From positions 128,001 through 192,000 of the forward strand of contig JBIJDH010000009.1 in the NCBI GenBank assembly GCA_044344255.1: DNA of 64,000 bases, in the 5' to 3' direction. The notes below the pieces were generated by a model. That model was not told the origin of the DNA. It saw nothing but the letters and a program-made list of their open reading frames with translations, and did not search any database. Below, piece by piece: positions 38,533 to 48,003 of the stretch. Positions within the stretch are counted from its first letter, which is position 1, and each line of letters begins with the position of its first letter. The position numbers and the translations under genes are program-made. Source of the DNA: Myxococcota bacterium (lineage in GTDB: Bacteria; Myxococcota_A; UBA796; UBA2385).

Positions 38533-41500
38533 TCAGCGACGCGGGGGGCGAGGGGGCAGGTCGGTGGGATCGGCCTCGCCGCCGGCCGCGGGGAGGCCGA
38601 GCGCCGGGATCGCCGACATCTGGGTGGGGCCGTCGTCCTGCGTCGAGTCCGAGAGGGGGACATGGCGCTGGTAGTCCTCCACGCTGTAGTTGTGCTCGGG
38701 GACGAAGATCTCGTCGTCCAGCCGCCGCGGCTCCATCGAGCTCTCGATCTGCCCTGACTCCTCCTCGAGGGACTCCTCTTCGGGGGACTCCTCCTCGTGG
38801 TCCAGGTCCCCTTCGCCGACGGCGATCGGGCCGGTGGGATGCTCCATCGGCGGACGCGGCGGGGCGACGGGTGGGGCGACGGGTGGGGCGACGGGTGGGT
38901 TGACAGGTGGGGCGGTCCAGACGCCGCCCTCCGAGAAGCAGGTCCATCCCCAGCGGATCCAGGAGATGAGCTGCGTGGCCAGCCAGAGGGACCAGGCGAG
39001 CATCGCCGCCTGCCAGGCGATCAGCGGCGCCGACACCATCACTGGCCGGGGGAGGGGTCCCGCGCTGCGATCGACGAACCAGCGCAGCAGGCTCGCCGAG
39101 GAGCCGTTGCCCTGGATGTCCATATCGGGGCTGCCGACGAGCCCCGAGACCACGCCGGAGACGAGGCAGAGCGCGGCGATGGGCGTGAGCAGCACGAGGC
39201 CGACCTGCACCAGCGGGCGGAGGTTCCCGCTCGGCGGGCGGCGACGACGCCAGCCCAAGGCGACGATCCACAGCACCACCACCGCCGGCACCACCACGGG
39301 CACCTGGGTCATGCCGAGGCCGAGCAACAGCCAGTCCCCCGCGCCGAGCGGGACCAAGGCTGGGGCTCCCGGCGCCGGTCGGAGCGCGCGGCCGAGCAGC
39401 AGCGCCGCTCCGACCACCACGAGCACGCTCGACCAGAACAGGGGCACCGGGCCCCAGCGCGGGCCTTGAAGGGCCAGCAGCCAGCGATCCGGGGAGGGGT
39501 GGACGGTGACCGTGACGTTGACCGCGGGGCTGCCGAGGTCGACCTCCGGCACCCGATCGACGAGCCAGCCCTCATGGTCCTGCTGCCAGCGCACGCTCAC
39601 CCGCTGGCTGCCGGGCCGGAGCGGGATCGGGAGCGAGCGCCCCCGGGCGGCGGCAGGGACCGCGACGCCGTCGATGTCGACACCCTGCAGGCGGATCCCC
39701 TCGGGGAGCGTGATCGAGAGCCGACCACCTTGGCTCGTGCGGACCTGGGCGACCAGCGTGAGCTCCGAGAGGCTCTCCCCCGGGGTGTAGGACAGCTCGG
39801 CCGCGTCCACGGTGATGACCTGCCCGGGCACCGGATCGGGGCGGCTGACCGCGATCTCCACGGCCTCTCCCGGCCATGGCCGCCACTCCGGGGTCACCCG
39901 CCCGGCCTGGACGTGGGTGAGGGGAGCGAGGCCGCCGGCCTCGGTCACACAGCGGTAGACCGGCGAGCAGGAGAGCGTCCACACCTCGGTCCAAGGGACG
40001 GCGCTGGGGGCGACGAGGCGCAGGCTGTCTGCCTCTTCGAGGGTGGACAGCCAGGTGAGGCTGTCCCGACCGGCATCGAGGGTGACGAGGGCCGCGCCGC
40101 CTTGCACCTGGATGCCCTGCTCGGTGACCGCCTCGCCCGGGAGGAGGGGCACCTTCAAGGCCACCGGGGCCCGACCGGCGCCCACCCGCACCACCTCGGT
40201 GCGCACCCGCCAGGGGATGCCGAGATCGAGGAAGCGCCGCACCTCGAGCCAGGGTGAGAGCGGATCAGCGGCCCGCGCCTCGCCCGGGGCGGCCTTCCGC
40301 GTGCGGGTGAGCTGGAACGAACGCTCCGTGCTGCCGTCTGGGCGGATGCCGTCGAGCGACCATCCGTCGCCCGCAAAGTCTGCGGAGCGCGGCAGGTCGC
40401 CGAGCTGGAGCGTGAGGGCGTCGGTGAGGGGGAGGGGGCCCTCGACGTAGACGTCGTGGACGCCCGCGGGGACGCGCAGGTAGAGGAAGCCGTCCGGGCG
40501 GCGCTGCAGGGCGACCGAAGGCTGTCCGTCGAGCAGGACGGAGGCCGGCACCCAGGTCGCGGTGGGCCCCGGGATGATCCAGGCCCCCGGGCGCGCGGCG
40601 TGGAGCTCGGCCTCGACGGTCAGGAGATCGCCGCCGTCCGGCGTGGCGGCGGAGGTGGCCCGGAAGCGAGCCGAAGAGACGGAGATGCAGTCGGGCTCGC
40701 AGTCTTCGGGGGTGGTGAGGCGGGCCTCCAGCTCGGCGAGGAGCTCAGGGCTCGGCGCGGCGGCGGCCGTGTGAGGGGTGAGCAGGCCGGTCGCGAACAT
40801 CACCAGCAGCAAACCGGAGGCGCCCTCGCGCCAGCGGGACCAGACGGAGCCCGCGCCGCCGCCGAAGCCTGCGAAGCGCAGCGTGAGGGTGAGCAGGAGG
40901 CCCACCCGCGCGAGGCCCAGCAGGAGGTTGCCGATGGGCCCGAGGAGCCAGAGGCGAGCTTCGTGGTCAGCGGACACCGGGCCGGACCAGCTGAGCTGGT
41001 GCGAGCTCCAGGACCAGCGGGGGACGCCCGGGCCCGTCTGAACGACGGCGGTGGGATCGACCTGCAGGCTGAGCTGGGCGTAGGAGCCGTCCCATCGACC
41101 CTCTCCCCCTTTACCGCCGCTCACCTTCGCCGAGCGGCTGAAGGAGCCCACCCGGTCGATGTTCACCTTGCTCTCGACGGAGGCGCCGTCCAGGCCTCCG
41201 AACGCGGCACCGCTGGGCGGCGGAGGAGGAGGAGGAGGGGCCTCGGGGACCGTAGCGGAGGCGGGCAGGACGGTAACGTCCTGCACCTCGGTGATGCCCG
41301 GGCGCTGTTCGAGATCATCTACGAGGCCTCCGCCCGGAGCGTTGGCGTCCTTCACGCCGAGCGTCAGCGGGGCGGTCAACCAGTCGAGCGAGTCGGCCTG
41401 GCTCCAGGGGCGGGAGAGGCTCGGGAAGAGCCCCGTGCGGAGCTCGTTGAGCGTGAAAGGGACGAGCACCAGCAGCACGACCAGGAGGAGGCCGCCTCGG

Positions 41501-43107
41501 AGCCAGCGCAGGGCGACCTCGAGCCGGCCCTTGGGGAGGACGCTGCCCAAGGCCTGGAGCCCCATCAGCGCGGCGAAGCTCCAGCCAGGGGCGTCGGCGA
41601 CGTGGCGGGTGCAGGCGAGGCCGACGACCGTGACGAGGCCCCAGCGCCACCCCCACAGGCGGGAGAGCCCGAGGGAGACGACCAAGACGAAGAAGAGGTC
41701 AAAGAGGGACCACTCGTCGACCAGCGAGCCGCTCGTGGAGTCGACCCCCCACGCGTGGAGCAGGGTCCAGCCGGGCGGGAGGTGCAGCGTGGCGGAGAGG
41801 CGGTGAACGTCGGTGTTCCAGCCGACCGCGGGGAGGGCAGAGGGGAGGGGAGCGATGCGGGACTCGGCCACCATCCCGAGCGACTGGCTGCGGAGCTCGA
41901 CCCCGGCCCCCACACCCTTTGTGATGACCTGATCGACGCCCTGGTCGGAGACGTGGCCGGGCTCACCCGGAGCCAGCATCTCGAGCCGCCAGCCCTGGTT
42001 CATCGTCCCGCCGAAGTGATCGCGGACCGTGAGCCCGCCGCCATCTTCGTCGAGCCAGAGCTCGCGGTTCAGCGTGAGCTGGTTCGGGGCCGGCTCCGCC
42101 TCTCCGCGTCGCAGCTCCTCGAAGTGGAGGCGCTGACCGGGCTCGACGACGTAGGTGGGCAGCCCTCGCCAGCCTTCGGGGAGCGAGGTGCGGGCTGGAT
42201 CGACGGAGGGCGGGCCGCTCAGGTTCACCGCTCGCACCCGGTCGTCCTGCTGTACGGCCCAGTACTCCCGCTCCGGCCACACCTCGGAGGTCGAGGCGGG
42301 GGCCTCGAGATCGGCGGCGGGGCCCTCGAGCACCGCCTCCACGGTCACGGTCCAGGTGCCGGGGCGCACCTGGACGACGAGGCCGCCGCCCTCGGTGAAG
42401 CGGGCGGGCAGATCGGCCTGCAGCGAGACCGCGCGGGTGCCGGAGAGGAGCACGGCGCCGAGGTCGATCTCTCGGCTGGCCCCCGCCGAACGGAGCCCGA
42501 TGCGGGTTGTGACGACCACCGGCACGCCGTCCTGGATCCTCCGCGAGACGTCGAGCTCTACGCGGCTCGCTTCGGCGGCGCCGACCTCCCCCGCGCCGAG
42601 GCGCAAGGTGCCGTCCGGATCGAGGTGAGGCCAGGGGACCACCTCGCCGCGCACCCGCAGGCCCACCCGCCCCACGCTCGCGGGCATCCGGATCGTGGGG
42701 GGCAGAGCGTCCCACCGAAAGCGCCCGCTCAGCCGATGCTCCCCCGGGGACAGGCGCACCCAGGGGCTCCCCGCCCGCGCCACGACCACGCCTCGCTCGC
42801 CGTCCACGCGAAGATCGAGCGGCCAGGCACCCTCTCCGCCGGGGAGGGGCGCGTCGAGCTCCCGGTCGACCCGCACGGCGTAGCTGAAGCGGCCACCTCC
42901 GCCCTCGACGTCGAGCTCGAGCAGGCCAGGCCAGAGACAGGCGGCCTCACCGGCGACGACGGGGCAACGAAGCTCGGGGTGGGCGGCCTCCACCCAGCCG
43001 ACCCAAGGCTGGAGCTCCGGCGGGAGGGAGGCCCCGGTGGGGCGCGCCTGCGCGGTCGGGAGCCAGCCCAACGCGAGGAGGAGATGGGCAAACCAGGCCA
43101 GGACCAT
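38533..43107 (-). CDS. Very large membrane protein with internal duplication
   Basis: 1524 codons; signal peptide; two related beta-rich halves each followed by a TM bundle; acidic tail. Confidence 0.8.
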   Translation of the reverse strand: MVLAWFAHLLLALGWLPTAQARPTGASLPPELQPWVGWVEAAHPELRCPVVAGEAACLWPGLLELDVEGGGGRFSYAVRVDRELDAPLPGGEGAWPLDLRVDGERGVVVARAGSPWVRLSPGEHRLSGRFRWDALPPTIRMPASVGRVGLRVRGEVVPWPHLDPDGTLRLGAGEVGAAEASRVELDVSRRIQDGVPVVVTTRIGLRSAGASREIDLGAVLLSGTRAVSLQADLPARFTEGGGLVVQVRPGTWTVTVEAVLEGPAADLEAPASTSEVWPEREYWAVQQDDRVRAVNLSGPPSVDPARTSLPEGWRGLPTYVVEPGQRLHFEELRRGEAEPAPNQLTLNRELWLDEDGGGLTVRDHFGGTMNQGWRLEMLAPGEPGHVSDQGVDQVITKGVGAGVELRSQSLGMVAESRIAPLPSALPAVGWNTDVHRLSATLHLPPGWTLLHAWGVDSTSGSLVDEWSLFDLFFVLVVSLGLSRLWGWRWGLVTVVGLACTRHVADAPGWSFAALMGLQALGSVLPKGRLEVALRWLRGGLLLVVLLVLVPFTLNELRTGLFPSLSRPWSQADSLDWLTAPLTLGVKDANAPGGGLVDDLEQRPGITEVQDVTVLPASATVPEAPPPPPPPPSGAAFGGLDGASVESKVNIDRVGSFSRSAKVSGGKGGEGRWDGSYAQLSLQVDPTAVVQTGPGVPRWSWSSHQLSWSGPVSADHEARLWLLGPIGNLLLGLARVGLLLTLTLRFAGFGGGAGSVWSRWREGASGLLLVMFATGLLTPHTAAAAPSPELLAELEARLTTPEDCEPDCISVSSARFRATSAATPDGGDLLTVEAELHAARPGAWIIPGPTATWVPASVLLDGQPSVALQRRPDGFLYLRVPAGVHDVYVEGPLPLTDALTLQLGDLPRSADFAGDGWSLDGIRPDGSTERSFQLTRTRKAAPGEARAADPLSPWLEVRRFLDLGIPWRVRTEVVRVGAGRAPVALKVPLLPGEAVTEQGIQVQGGAALVTLDAGRDSLTWLSTLEEADSLRLVAPSAVPWTEVWTLSCSPVYRCVTEAGGLAPLTHVQAGRVTPEWRPWPGEAVEIAVSRPDPVPGQVITVDAAELSYTPGESLSELTLVAQVRTSQGGRLSITLPEGIRLQGVDIDGVAVPAAARGRSLPIPLRPGSQRVSVRWQQDHEGWLVDRVPEVDLGSPAVNVTVTVHPSPDRWLLALQGPRWGPVPLFWSSVLVVVGAALLLGRALRPAPGAPALVPLGAGDWLLLGLGMTQVPVVVPAVVVLWIVALGWRRRRPPSGNLRPLVQVGLVLLTPIAALCLVSGVVSGLVGSPDMDIQGNGSSASLLRWFVDRSAGPLPRPVMVSAPLIAWQAAMLAWSLWLATQLISWIRWGWTCFSEGGVWTAPPVNPPVAPPVAPPVAPPRPPMEHPTGPIAVGEGDLDHEEESPEEESLEEESGQIESSMEPRRLDDEIFVPEHNYSVEDYQRHVPLSDSTQDDGPTQMSAIPALGLPAAGGEADPTDLPPRPPRR
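38861..38896. repeat. 12-bp tandem repeat GGGGCGACGGGT x3 (encodes PPVA repeats on the minus strand)
   Basis: Directly visible. Confidence 0.9.
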
Positions 43108-43173
43108 GCGCGCGCTCCGGGGTCGCCACCTCTATCGACGCCGGCCCCCCGCGTGCATGTCCCAAAATCGCGA

Positions 43174-45471
43174 TCAGGGCCGACCTGCCGACCGATGGTT
43201 CGTATGGGACCAGTCGGGGAAGACCGGGCCCTCTCCGTAGAGCACCCGGTAGAGCTGGTAGGTGCCGAGCACCCGCTTGACGTAGTGGCGAGTCTCGCGG
43301 ATGGGGATGGACTCGATGTACTCGTCGGTCGGGCGCTCCCCGTTCCCCGCCAACCACTTGCCCACGTTGCCCTCACCGGCGTTGTAGGCCGGTACGGCGA
43401 GGAACATGTTGTCGTGGAAGTAGACCCTGAGGTATTCGAGGTATCGGGAGCCGATCTTCAAGTTGGTGAGGGGATCGAAGATCGTGGCCGGGGTCACCTT
43501 CATCCCCATCCAGCCGGCGACCTGCTTGCCGGTGGCCGGCATGAGCTGAGAGAGGCCCTTCGCCCCGGCCCAGGAGACAATATCCTTGTTAAAGCTGGAC
43601 TCTTCCCTCACCAGCGCGTGAAAGACCCGGGGGTCATAACCGTACGCGCCGGCCGCCACCTGCACCTCAGGCCAGTACAGATCGGGGAAGCCCTGGCTCA
43701 GGATGCGGTCCCGATCGACGCCGAGCGTAGAGGGCGGGTGATCGATGATGTAGTGATGAAGCCGATCGTGAGCGACGATCGGGTTCTTCTTCTCCTGGAT
43801 CGTCGTGAGGAGCGCGTACTCGGAGCTGGTGAGGCTCTCCTCGGGGAGGGCGTCGAGCTCCGACATGGCCTCCACCACGAGGCCGAGGCGGGCGAGCGCG
43901 AGGCCCCGGCTGACGCCCGGATCGTCCAGGAAGGCGCCTCGCACCGTCCAGGTGTCGGGGCTGCCGGAGGGAGAGGGCCGCCGGAGCCCCGCCGCGCGCT
44001 CGGGTGCGAGCTCCTGGACGCGGCCCGAGGCGAGCAGGGCGTAGAAGGAGGTCGGCTGGGACTGGCAGAGGGTGATGAGCTGATCGACCCCCTGACGCAG
44101 GGCCTCGGGGTCCCGCGTGAGGCGGCGGGGCTCGTTGACGTCGGGGTAGAGCCGCCAACGCGCGGCCCAATAGGCGCCCGCGCCGACGTGCACGGGATCA
44201 GCGGAGAGCGGGATCTCAAAGGTCAGCTTCTCCGCCCAGCGGATGGCCTCCTCGGGCTGGCCGCTCCGGTAGGCGTCCCAGGCGAGCCGCCACATCCCCT
44301 CGGCGGCGAGATCGCCGTGCTGCTCCCGATCGGCCTCCCAGCGCCAGAGGGCCCGCGCGCGGGTGGACTCGCCCGCCTGCTGGAAGGCCACCCCGCCGAG
44401 GACGGCGCCATCATCGGCCATCCCGTGGGTAGGGTAGAGCTCTGGGATGTGCGCAAAGGCCCGCCCGGCGGCCGCCCACTCCTTCTTTCGCTCGAGCGCC
44501 TTGCCCGCGATGTAGAGGCTGCGGGCGCCCCGATCGAGGTCGATGCCCGCGCAGCGCGTCCCCGCCGGCACGAGGATCTCGGCGGCCTTCGAGACGTTGT
44601 TCCGCTTGAAATGCGAGCGCCCGAAGGAATACCAGGCCTTGCAGGAGGGGCCGTTCGCCTCGGTGAAGCGGGCGGCGTGCTTCTCGTAGAGGGCGATGAC
44701 GTCGCCATAGTCGTCGGCGTCCATCTCGCGCAGCAGGCGGGTGGCCAGCTCGTCGGCGGTGGCCTGGTGCTCCGCGCCGCGGGCCTCGAGGACGGCGAGC
44801 GCGCGGCCCGCCTCACCCGCCTCGGCGCTGTTGGGGTACTGACTCCAGATCCGCCGCAGGTGTGGATAGGCGCGGGGTGACTCGAGGCCGCTCTTCCGGG
44901 CCAGGGCGAGCAAGGCCGCGGCGGTGCCCTCGGCGGGATCGGGGCGGACGGCGAGCTCGGTCCAGAGAGTGGTGGCGAGGGCGGTCGAGCCCGCGCGCTG
45001 GCGCGCGTCGGCCTCGCGGAGGCGAGCGCGCGGGCCGACGAAGGACAGGGTGGGGACGAGCGCCAGCTCCGTGGCGGCCTCCACGGGCTGCTCCCGGGCC
45101 AGCAGGAGCTCCCCCAAGGTGAGGTGGAGGTAGTCCGCCGGCACATGATCGGCGTGGCGGACGACCTCGAGCAGCTTCGCCGCCTCGGCGCCCTTACCGA
45201 GCCGAAGCGACACCCAGGCGGTGAGGAAGGCGTGATCCCCCACCTGGTGCCCCTTCAGCGAGGTCGGGTCGATCGCCTTAAGGCCCTCGAGGGCGGCGGC
45301 GTGATCCCGCCGGGCGAGGGCGGCTGACACCGGAGGCGGGAGCGGCAGGGAGGGCTCGAGGAAGGCCGGCCCGATCAGCACCGTCTCGATCAGGGAGTCG
45401 GGCGTAGGAGGGGCGAGCGCGGACGCGGGGCCAGCGGCCAGGCCGAGGGCCAGGAAGAGGAGGGCAGGCAA
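43174..45471 (-). CDS. slt: Soluble lytic transglycosylase (Slt70-like) with TPR-like superhelix
   Basis: ALVREESSF, SWAGAKGLSQLMPAT, NLKIGSRYL, AYNAGEG, IPIRETRHYVKRV; probable TTG start 45471 before a signal peptide. Confidence 0.88.
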   Translation of the reverse strand: MPALLFLALGLAAGPASALAPPTPDSLIETVLIGPAFLEPSLPLPPPVSAALARRDHAAALEGLKAIDPTSLKGHQVGDHAFLTAWVSLRLGKGAEAAKLLEVVRHADHVPADYLHLTLGELLLAREQPVEAATELALVPTLSFVGPRARLREADARQRAGSTALATTLWTELAVRPDPAEGTAAALLALARKSGLESPRAYPHLRRIWSQYPNSAEAGEAGRALAVLEARGAEHQATADELATRLLREMDADDYGDVIALYEKHAARFTEANGPSCKAWYSFGRSHFKRNNVSKAAEILVPAGTRCAGIDLDRGARSLYIAGKALERKKEWAAAGRAFAHIPELYPTHGMADDGAVLGGVAFQQAGESTRARALWRWEADREQHGDLAAEGMWRLAWDAYRSGQPEEAIRWAEKLTFEIPLSADPVHVGAGAYWAARWRLYPDVNEPRRLTRDPEALRQGVDQLITLCQSQPTSFYALLASGRVQELAPERAAGLRRPSPSGSPDTWTVRGAFLDDPGVSRGLALARLGLVVEAMSELDALPEESLTSSEYALLTTIQEKKNPIVAHDRLHHYIIDHPPSTLGVDRDRILSQGFPDLYWPEVQVAAGAYGYDPRVFHALVREESSFNKDIVSWAGAKGLSQLMPATGKQVAGWMGMKVTPATIFDPLTNLKIGSRYLEYLRVYFHDNMFLAVPAYNAGEGNVGKWLAGNGERPTDEYIESIPIRETRHYVKRVLGTYQLYRVLYGEGPVFPDWSHTNHRSAGRP

Positions 45472-45659
45472 GGTGGGAGCCCCGAGGCGGCGGGAGGGCG
45501 GAGGCCGAGAGGCCCCAGGTAGCGGGAGGGCAGCGGAGGGGGGGGCGGAGCGGGGGCGGAGCGGAGGCGGGACCGAGGGGTAACGAAGAGAGATCCCGCT
45601 GCCAAGCCGCTGGGCCGCACATCCTCCAACCCCCGGGCGCGCCGCCGCCGGGGGGCCCT

Positions 45660-46625
45660 TCACCACCAGTGCGTCTCGTTGAGCCGACACTCGCCGGCGG
45701 CGGCGGCGGCCCAGGGGCGGGCGGGGAGGTACTTCCAGCCGCTGTCCGAGAACATCACGACGATGTTGCCCTCGTCGATGCGCTCGGCGTAGCGGAGGGC
45801 CGCGACCAGCGCCGCGCCGGCCGACACCCCCGCCATGATCCCCTCCTCGGCGATGATGCGGCGCATGGCGAGCAAGGCCTGATCGGCCGAGACGAGGAAG
45901 CGCCCATTGAGCTGTTCGAGGTCGAGCAGCGGCGGCCGGTAGCCCTCATCGAGGCTGCGGAGCCCCTGCAGGTGCTCCCCCATCCGGGGCTCGACGCCGA
46001 TGATCTTGAGGTCCGGGTTCCGCTCGCGCAGCCGACGGCCGACGCCCATCAGGGTGCCCGCGGTGCCGATGCCGGCCACGAAGACGTCGACCCGCTCGAT
46101 CTGACGGGCGAGCTCGGCCCCGGTGACGTTGTAGTGGGTGGCCACGTTGATGGGGTTGTCGAACTGCCGGACCGGGTGCCAGCCCGGGTTGCGCGCCGCG
46201 ATGTCCATCGCGGTGTTGATCGCGCCGAGCATCCCCACCCGGGGCGGGACCCAGATCACGCCCACCCCGTACAGCTTGAGGAGGTCGGGGATGCTGTCGA
46301 CCACGCCCTCGGGGATGACCACCTTCAGCTGGTAGCCCCGCTGCCGCGCCACGGTGGCGAGCGCGATCGCGGTGTTCCCCGTGCTCGCCTCGACGAGGGT
46401 GTCGCCGGGGCGCAGGCCACGGTTGATCTCCAGGTCTTCGACCATCGCCAACGCGATGCGGTCCTTCACGCTGCCGCTCGGGTTCTGGCCCTCCAGCTTG
46501 GCGAAGATCCGGACCCCCTTCCGCGGAGAGAGGCGGCAGAGCTCGACGAGCGGCGTCCCGCCGATGGAGTCGAGGAGCGGCGCACAGCAGGGCGGGGCGG
46601 GCGGCGGGGCTTCCGTGCGGGACAT
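45660..46625 (-). CDS. cysM: PLP-dependent cysteine synthase (CysM-like)
   Basis: IGGTPLVEL, KLEGQNPSGSVKDR, ASTGNT, GIGTAGT, DSGWKYL. Confidence 0.88.
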   Translation of the reverse strand: MSRTEAPPPAPPCCAPLLDSIGGTPLVELCRLSPRKGVRIFAKLEGQNPSGSVKDRIALAMVEDLEINRGLRPGDTLVEASTGNTAIALATVARQRGYQLKVVIPEGVVDSIPDLLKLYGVGVIWVPPRVGMLGAINTAMDIAARNPGWHPVRQFDNPINVATHYNVTGAELARQIERVDVFVAGIGTAGTLMGVGRRLRERNPDLKIIGVEPRMGEHLQGLRSLDEGYRPPLLDLEQLNGRFLVSADQALLAMRRIIAEEGIMAGVSAGAALVAALRYAERIDEGNIVVMFSDSGWKYLPARPWAAAAAGECRLNETHWW

Positions 46626-46790
46626 GGCGACCTCGATGGGGCAGGGCGTGGCATACTCCCCGAAAGACCCACCCGTGACTACCCTACCGCGTTCAGGGGA
46701 GCGCACCGCGGCGCGGCGCCGGGCCGCCCGTTCATCGCGCACCCCTTTCGCCCTCCCTCCCTCCTCACGGCCGCTGACCTCGGGAGCTCC

Positions 46791-47411
46791 GTGCAAGATC
46801 GTTCACCGGTCCTTCGCTTCCTCTGCAGGCTCTCGCTCGCGGTCGCCTTGCTCTCGCCGTTCGGCGTCGCCTCCGCCGCGCCCAAGGGGAGCCCCCCGGC
46901 GCCCCTCGCCTTGAGCGCCGAAGAGCAGGCCGTGATCGCGCAGGCCGGGATCGTGATCCGCCACGACCCCAACTCGGGCGACACCATCGGCGTCGTCGAC
47001 GTGAAGGCCCCGCCCGCCTCGACCCTCGCCGCCGTGCTCGACCTCTCCGCCCGCGCCAAGGAGGTGACGGGGCTGCGGGCCGTGGAGATCTACGAGCGCG
47101 GCCCCAGCACCTTGGCCGCGCGGATGGAGATGGGGCTGGCGGTCTACCAGGCTCGTTTCCACGTCACCTACGCTTGGGACGAAGCCTCGGGCTGGTGCAC
47201 GTGGGAGCTCGATCCTCGGCACCCGAACGACATCACCGACACCGCTGGCTCCTACCAGGTCCTCCCCCAGGGCAGCGGCACCCGCCTCGTCTACCGCTCC
47301 CACAGCGGCGGAGGGGCGATGACCCCCGACTGGCTGAAGCGGAAGCTCGCCTACAGCGCGGCCCGCGAGATGCTCAGCGGGATGCGGACCCGCGCCGAGC
47401 GCGGCGGCTGA
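46791..47411 (+). CDS. Secreted SRPBCC/START-fold protein
   Basis: GTG 46791, signal peptide; WELDP..NDITDTAGSYQVLP..GTRLVY..PDWLKR pattern. Confidence 0.65.
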   Translation: MQDRSPVLRFLCRLSLAVALLSPFGVASAAPKGSPPAPLALSAEEQAVIAQAGIVIRHDPNSGDTIGVVDVKAPPASTLAAVLDLSARAKEVTGLRAVEIYERGPSTLAARMEMGLAVYQARFHVTYAWDEASGWCTWELDPRHPNDITDTAGSYQVLPQGSGTRLVYRSHSGGGAMTPDWLKRKLAYSAAREMLSGMRTRAERGG

Positions 47412-47417
47412 CACGGC

Positions 47418-47801
47418 TCAGGCTGCGGATCCCCAGTCGCCGGGCCCAAGGGGCGGCATCCCCCAGCGGGCGCGGGCCTCGTCACAGCGCTCGTTCGGCG
47501 TCCCGTCTTCATAGGAGGGCGGGAATTCGCGGCACACGCTCGAGCGCAGCGGGTGGATCCCACAGCGGGCGAGGACGCCGATCTCCCCCTCCAGGGCCAC
47601 GCAGCGCGGGTGCTCCTGGTTCATGCCCCGCATCACCACCCGAAAGGGGGTGAGCGGCTCGACGAGGGCCTCGGGCACGGTGCCGCCGTTGGCGTCGGTC
47701 TCGCCCCAGAAGAAGGAGCAACGAAAGGTGGCGCAGCAGGCCCCGCAGCGGAGGCAGGGGTGCAGCGGCGAGGGAGGGGAGGGGTCAGGGGAGGCAGGCA
47801 C
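47418..47801 (-). CDS. YkgJ family cysteine-cluster protein
   Basis: CLRCGACC, RCVAL, CGIHPLRSSVCREF. Confidence 0.88.
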   Translation of the reverse strand: MPASPDPSPPSPLHPCLRCGACCATFRCSFFWGETDANGGTVPEALVEPLTPFRVVMRGMNQEHPRCVALEGEIGVLARCGIHPLRSSVCREFPPSYEDGTPNERCDEARARWGMPPLGPGDWGSAA

Positions 47802-48003
47802 AGAGACACACCGCAGGCAGGGGGAGGTTGTCCAGCCGATCCGGACCGATGGGAGCGGGAAGCCGCACCGGGACTATCCGATCGCCCGACCAGCCGCCTC
47901 GTGACCCCGCTTGCCGCGGCGGGGGTCGGCGCTTAACGAAGGGGCCCTCACCCGCCGGCGACGCCCCTCGAACGCGGAGCGCCCCGGAACACCGGAGCCC
48001 ACC

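Noticed and set aside
40456..44880. 1474-aa plus-strand ORF, and similar long antisense ORFs (6667-8433, 50249-52813, 34264-36495)
   Set aside because: Shadow frames opposite well-supported genes, expected in high-GC DNA; no motifs
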